Assembly (NCBI GenBank): GCA_002269645.1
Contig: NIVC01000987.1
Span: forward strand, 1 to 28,417
DNA: 28,417 nt
From: Macrostomum lignano
Lineage: Eukaryota
Direction: 5' to 3'
Positions 22,183-28,417 of the stretch are shown piece by piece. Below the pieces are notes generated by a model. The model did no database searches, had not been told where the DNA came from, and saw nothing but the letters and a program-made list of their open reading frames with translations. The number at the start of each line of letters is the position of its first letter. The first letter of the stretch is position 1. A program made the position numbers and the translations under genes.

Positions 22183-22845
22183 ATTCACTTCGCTCCTCCT
22201 CTCCATAGTCAAACCATGGACCATGTTAGGCTAGTCAAAATCAAGTGTATTTTTTATTTTTAGTATACGGACCCCAGTCCCCACCAGCCGTAATAAGTCA
22301 CTGTCACTGTGCCTGACACAGGGCACTGAATGACTGCAGCAGCAGCAGCATCACAAGTTAATTCGCTTCCATGACGTCCATTTTTGTGTCATTTTTAATG
22401 GATTTTTATGCGTTAGCTAATATTGCTTGCTTCGATTTTAGAATTTACAGTGACAAGAAAATACAGACAGAAATTGCATTTAAAAGCCAAGAGTAAAATT
22501 AAACCCCCATTTTTGCTGTCGTTGTTGCTATGTGGATGAAAATCGGCACGAAATGTGGCAGATGACTCTGAAAATGAGCCTTATTATTCGATAAGCAATC
22601 AATTTTATTGCATAGACGGCTTTAGACGCATAGCTTTCAAATTAACTCCAGACTAATAAATAAGGAAGTTGAAACTGACCTGAGAAGGGGGAGAGACCAA
22701 AAAGATAATTTATGATTTGTGGAGAATTGCTTCAAAAATTTAGTTGCTTGCTTTCCAAATTGTCTCGTCAATACCGCGCTCTCAGCTCTGCTTGCTAAAA
22801 TGCTTCTTGCATAGTTAGTTGAAGATTACAGATAGGTGCCTGGCC

Positions 22846-23322
22846 TTCTCAAAGAATCTTATGACCCTTATGAATTTGACGAAGGAGGTCAATGACCCCC
22901 TTCTCAAAGAATCTTATTACCCTTATGAATTTGACGAAGGAGGTCAATGACCCCTTCTCAAAGAATCTTATTACCCTTATGAATTTGACGAAGGGGGTCA
23001 ATGACCCCTTCTCAAAGAATCTTATTACCCTTATGAATTTGACGAAGGAGGTCAATGACCCCTTCTCAAAGAATCTTATTACCCTTATGAATTTGACGAA
23101 GGAGGTCAATGACCCCTTCTCAAAGAATCTTATTACCCTTATGAAATTGACGAAGGAGGTCAATGACCCCCTTCTCAAAGAATCTTATTACCCTTATGAA
23201 TTTGACGAAGGAGGTCAATGACCCCTTCTCAAAGAATCTTATTACCCTTATGAATTTGACGAAGGAGGTCAATGACCCCTTCTTAAAGAATCTTATGACC
23301 CGATGTGATTGACGAAGGAGGA
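22846..23322. repeat. 54-bp minisatellite, 8 full copies plus a degenerate one, each full copy with AGGTCA-A-TGACCC
   Basis: Unit TTCTCAAAGAATCTTATTACCCTTATGAATTTGACGAAGGAGGTCAATGACCCC with a period of 54-55. Confidence 0.96.
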
Positions 23323-24099
23323 CAAATCTCACTGACCCTTATGCAGCTTTGCATTTAAAAGTAAAAATATAATCAATATATAATCCCCCAGGGTAGATAA
23401 TTAATTAAAAGTACATTTTAGGATGAAGAAAAATGCGAAAATGGTTATGTTCCTCTCATGGGGACTAACAAACAATATACTTCATGCTTGCAGAGAAGCT
23501 GTGCAATTAATTCCATTCATCCATGCGCAACGGCGTTATGTCAAAAATGGTGAGTATGCGCATGCATGCATATCATTCATAATGCTCTGCACGAATCCGG
23601 TACACTTGAAGTGCGTATAGTCTGAAGTATGCATTTCACCCATCCCTCGGAGAATTATGAGAGGTCCAGGGTCGTGCGGGGCACGGATACTGGAGACAGT
23701 CAGATACAAGCATGCAGACACACCATCAAGAGCGAATGCAGCAGGGCAAAAGGAATTGCTTTTCAATGCATGCTTTGGGTCGCTAGCTAACGCCAAAAAA
23801 TTGCTGGCAAAGTTCCTTCATGATGGCCATTGCATGCAAAATTTGTCTTCTTTTTGTTTCCCTAGCGCGCTTCCCGTATTGGTGCACGTGAAATTTATGA
23901 CTCATCTTGCGGAGAGAGAGAGAGAAGTCTTAACACCCCAGCAGTAGTTTCAATATGAATTTTTCGAGTGCTCGTGCACTTGTACTAGTATACAGAACAG
24001 ACCTCAGTATACTCAATTGTTTATTAATTTTTTTCCATAGCGTCAAGAATTAACATTGTATCAGTATGAAGATGTCATTAATGATGCCGCTCACAGAAT

Positions 24100-24162
24100 T
24101 AGACCAGGGATCGAACCAGCACAACGCAACAGTCAGACGCGTTTAGCTGCTCTGACCATTGA
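24100..24162 (-). mobile_element. tRNA-derived fragment (SINE head or tRNA pseudogene)
   Basis: The minus strand has an A-box-like TGGTCAGAGCAGCTAAACGCG and a B-box GGTTCGATCCC at plausible spacing; a complete cloverleaf could not be formed. Confidence 0.45.
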
Positions 24163-25196
24163 AAGAAAACTTAAGGCTTGAAAAAACTACAATCAAACCA
24201 GCAGGAGAATTTCCCACAGGAAGTTTTCCCGCCGAGGTTTGCCATAGCTTCCCGCAGCGAGGTTTTCCGCAGCGCGGTTTTGGACTACATGTCCAAAGGT
24301 CTTGTCATTATTTCAAACGTTTTTTCCAAACGTTTTTTCCAATAAGATCAATTTAACATGAAAAATCGATCAATGCGTCGTTAGAGCAGCATGTGAGGCA
24401 CAAAATAGTGTGCAGATTAGAACTTTCTCTGACACTGTTAAGAGACTCAATCACTGTTTTAGTGTTGAAAATCGTGAAATTTCCTATCCGTAAGTGTATT
24501 TTCCTGTCTTACTATTTCTGAACGAAAAGCTTTATGAATATCGATAGAGCAATAATAAAGGCACGACATATCAAAAGATGAACACTGGATCTTCCTCCTA
24601 TCAAAAGCAATAACAATTTTTGTGCTGAAAAAATTAAAACCTCCTATCTCTGTAGTGTATTTTTCGGCGAAAAGTTGCCTTCAAAACATTACCATAAGAT
24701 TTCGAGTGTTGCGTCCTATATGTTACTTGAGTAGTCCTTGTTACAGCCTATTCCAAGGCTAATTAATTATGCTGGTAAATAAGTTAGTAAATTAAAAAGA
24801 TAATAATATTAATATTACTATTACTATTACAAATTACAAGTGAGAGACACAGCGCTTTCCAATTACTTTATCTTCCAAAGTCGTTACTACATTGGACTCA
24901 ATAATTATCGTGCTTTTTTGCTTTTAGTAAGCAAAAATGCATACAGGTACACTTATTTTTAAAAAATAAGTTGCTTAACTTAAACAATTACGCATTGTAT
25001 CCCCACACTTAGGATAAAAACAATATCGATGGTTTAATGCATATAGTTCTTAGAAAGTCGCGTAGGTACAAAGCGTCGTCTGGATTTCCTAGAAATGCCC
25101 ATGCCTGCCCTGTCTGCAGTCTGCATCATGCATTCTGCGTTTCTTGAATCTTAAAATTCATTTATTGCCATGACAGGCTTTTTAAAAAATACGGCG

Positions 25197-27911
25197 TGTG
25201 GGAATTGATCATTGATGAACTGACTGAAATTGCTAGCTATCAATCAGATCATATCAGATATCATCCACTCTCTAAAAGTGGTGTTTTTAAATAATGCATT
25301 GGTGAATGACATAAGGCTTTAAGTCTATCTAGACCCATATTATTGCTTATGCTAATTGAAGGCCTATAACATAGCTACACTATTTCTATAGCCATAGATG
25401 ATAGCTAAGCTATGCCTATACAGCACAGACTGCACAGGCCTATACTATAGATAGAAAGTACAACAAGAGCAGAGCACAAATGACAAATATAGTACTTACT
25501 CATGGCCTCATGGGTTTGTGCTGGCTATCTTATATTTTTTAATGTTGAATTTTTTGTGTCATGTCATTAAAAGTTATTTTTTAGGTTAAAAACAATTGTT
25601 ACTGTTATATTGAATTGACTTTTTTGTTTGTAGTAGTAGGCCAGGCCTATTGGACTATGCTATAGAGTATTTTTTGCATAATTGCATATGATAGAATATA
25701 AATATATGCTTTATAGGTTTATAAAAATTAAGCTTAAAATAAAAAAAAATTAATTAACTTTTAAACTTTAACTTTAACCTATGAAATATTAAGAACTTAA
25801 CTATATTTTACTATACTCATACCATAACTTAGTCTGGATCATGCTAGGTGTACACCAAAACAAAAGTTGAATAATTACAATTGCATACCAAAAATTTTTG
25901 AGTATATGCTCATACTCTCAAATCTATGCTAGTGTTGCAACAATATATGATATTTTTCTATGCTGCAACAATAAAAGACTTTTTTGGGTTGTGTAAGGGA
26001 CCCCTTTTGGCAAATAATTTATTTGATTTTTTGCTTTTTTTGCTTCTCCTATTTATTATGCTTATACTATTTATATTATTTATCAATAATTAAAAATTAA
26101 TACATACAAAGATTTGTTTAAATGCCTTATTACAAGCTTTAAAAACCTGGAAAGCTTGAAATTTATGCTTAAAATGAACTTTTTATATCTTTTTCAATGA
26201 ACACTAACTTTTTGATGTGATTCTTTAAGGTACATGCCAAGCCAAGTATGCACTCATACTATTTTCTTAAGAGTGATAACACACCAACTGTGCATGCCTA
26301 CTTTTGGTCTAAATTTTAGGCATATACTATATGATTGAGAGTGTGGTATTCATATACTAAGTTATGAATAGTATACTATCTATAGTATTATAGATATAAA
26401 AATAAGTATTTTGAAACCTTAAGTTTTTTATTCTTGGATATTTAAAATATTACAAGTTTTAAAACCCCTATTAGAATAAGTATAAAAAACCTGTAGATGC
26501 ACAACATTGGGTCTAAAGTTATAGCTAAAAAATGCAATGCAACACAGAATATGTTAATTTTTGCATCAAAAACGGGTGTAGTACTAATTAGATAATGAGG
26601 CATTTAGCCTTAAAAAGACAGTAATAGTTACTCTTGCCATTTACCTAAAAGTCTAAAACTACACCACACTGCAACACTACCTGCATTGACTCTAGCTGCA
26701 ATGCAACACTGTGACAGATGGTTAGACACCTTTTGTCCACTTATTCCAATAGGGTTTGAAATGTTAAACTAATTTTACCTAAAGCAATTAACTATATAAA
26801 AAGCAGAAAGCAATAAAAATATTGCTTAATAGCAATAAAAGCTAATGACAATAATAAGAATAAAAGTTCCATGTTGCAGAAATAATTTTTTGGTCTCTAT
26901 GCTTTTAAGATAATTGAGATTTGATCAAGATTCAAGATTAAGCCAAATAGCATCTAGTAGGTCTATTTATACTATTCTATCTATCATAATAATAGTAATA
27001 TTGTTATTTGTTAAATGTGTTTAATGCTGACAATAGAAGGAAAAAGCAATTATTGTTGAGCTTGTTAGTTACTTGATATATATCAAATATAATGATGATA
27101 ATATCATAGTCACCAATAGTGACTTAGTCACAAATCTTGACTTTTTTCAAGATCTTAAAACCAAGATCAAGATTGAGAAAAAAGTACTAAGTTATTGACA
27201 ATCAAGATAGAGATCTTGAAGATCTTGTCAACTCTTATCATAGCCTAGCTGTCTGATATATAGCATTATTATGCTAGTAGCCTTAGCTTAATCTTATGCT
27301 TGTGCTTATGAGTAGGCCTAAATAGGTATCAATATGCTTGATTGCCTACTCAAGGGGTTGGTAAAACAGGCCATTATGCCTTTTGCTAGTTGTGATAATG
27401 TTAGTTAAAGTGTATAAAGGTGAACATAGACTTTTTGCAAGTCTTGTCTTGAATAAAAAACAATAAAATACTATATAAGAACTACTAGGTATAGTAATAA
27501 TAGGTATATATATGTGGTAGCTAAAATATGCTTATAAGATTACTTTAGAAATTTGACAATGCTAACACTATTAATATTGACCTAAAAATCATATTATGAC
27601 CAAAGCTTAGATATCTAATAATGATTAAATTGGTAACAAAAATGAGCAATAGATTACCTAAGTAAATGCAATGGACTATATGCTCCTACGACCCTAACCC
27701 TAGTATACTTTAACTAGCTAGCAAGAGACATTGGTTGGCATGCAAGCACAGAAATATAGAAACAATAGCAGAACTACCTTTATTTTATGTTAGGTATGTA
27801 TATATTTTGCTCTGCCTTGCAGGTTGGCCCTTAGGACAAGAACAAGGGACAATGACATTAAATGCATAAGCAAAGCCAAGCCCAGATTTCAATTTAGGCT
27901 TGTTATTTATT
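25197..27911. other. CpG-depleted AT-rich domain (decayed, probably methylated repeat-derived DNA)
   Basis: I counted only 2 CpG (26573 and 27689) in about 2.7 kb, while flanking DNA has frequent CpG. No credible ORF. Confidence 0.8.
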
Positions 27912-28037
27912 CGAAGGAATCAAGTCGAATTACTGAATTACTACTTAAAAGTAGAAGTGCAGGATTTTTATTGTTTCTCGATTCTTATCTTTCTGAGTCT
28001 ATGCAAGATCTATTTTGAAGCCTCGGCTTGCACATAC

Positions 28038-28313
28038 TGTTGCGTACAACCATACATGTATGCAAGCTTCCCTAGTTTTTCTTACCTTCCCTCTCTATGT
28101 ACACTTCACCGGTATAAAAGCGAGGGTGTCCCAACAAAATCAGGCCCCTCTCTCTGCTCTCGGACTTTTTCTCATCGCTGCAGAGCTGAGTCTGAAAAGA
28201 GTTTTCTCTATTTTTAGTCAGCTTCTCTCTCATTGTTGGCCAATAAGCTTCTATCAGCGCTCATGCTGAACTGTCTGTCTTCGTCTTCTAGAGCTGGCTG
28301 AAGTGGACACACA
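28038..28313 (+). mobile_element. Possible solo LTR
   Basis: It starts TGT and ends ACA, with an internal TATAAAA (near 28113) and a downstream AATAA(G) followed by a GT/CT-rich tract. No clean target-site duplication, PBS or PPT was found. Confidence 0.3.
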
Positions 28314-28417
28314 AGAGTGAGCTGGATCGAACCAGCGTGTCACGTGGCGTATAATCCTGATATAAACCTATTAGTTAGCTTAAACAATATATTTGATATA
28401 CGTTAATGTGAGATAGA

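Noticed and set aside
19480-22240. p53 response elements expected for a BH3-only gene
   Set aside because: Only isolated or overlapping degenerate half-sites were seen (for example near 19516 and 22218); no paired RRRCWWGYYY element.
22849-23332. Three ORFs with 18-aa repeats
   Set aside because: They arise from the 54-bp minisatellite, whose period is a multiple of 3.
24100-24162. Functional tRNA gene
   Set aside because: A- and B-box-like motifs are present, but I could not form acceptor and anticodon stems.
23423-24356. Several 65-96 aa ORFs on both strands
   Set aside because: They have no recognisable domain, no consistent splice signals and no compositional support.
27800-28269. Acceptor-like TTTTGCTCTGCCTTGCAG at 27805-27822 and three overlapping plus-strand ORFs as a neighbouring gene exon
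   Set aside because: No recognisable protein in any frame and no partner exons were found; it remains possible but unsupported.

Overview
This is a eukaryotic (animal, almost certainly invertebrate; species not determinable) genomic window, AT-rich and dense in tandem repeats. It holds one spliced protein-coding gene on the minus strand, which I assembled by hand: join(21743..20945, 6389..6154, 1377..1075), 445 aa, all GT-AG junctions in frame (phase 1, then phase 0). The product is a low-complexity protein with a BH3 motif (VAMRLRHIGDEI) preceded by an RxRSxSxP 14-3-3/Akt motif. It is followed by RxRxxS and RRQSW motifs and has no hydrophobic tail, which is the layout of a BAD-like BH3-only pro-apoptotic protein. 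An extra in-frame exon at 16529/16546..16385 is either an alternative first exon or a cassette exon. About half of the intronic DNA is unrelated 20-26 bp minisatellites. One array carries dozens of STAT/GAS-type TTCN3GAA motifs next to the BH3 exon, and an upstream 54-bp array carries eight nuclear-receptor IR1 elements. Also present are a CORE-SINE fragment, a hAT-like terminus, a tRNA-derived fragment, a sharply bounded 2.7 kb CpG desert and a possible solo LTR. All counts and coordinates were read by eye; no database searches were run.
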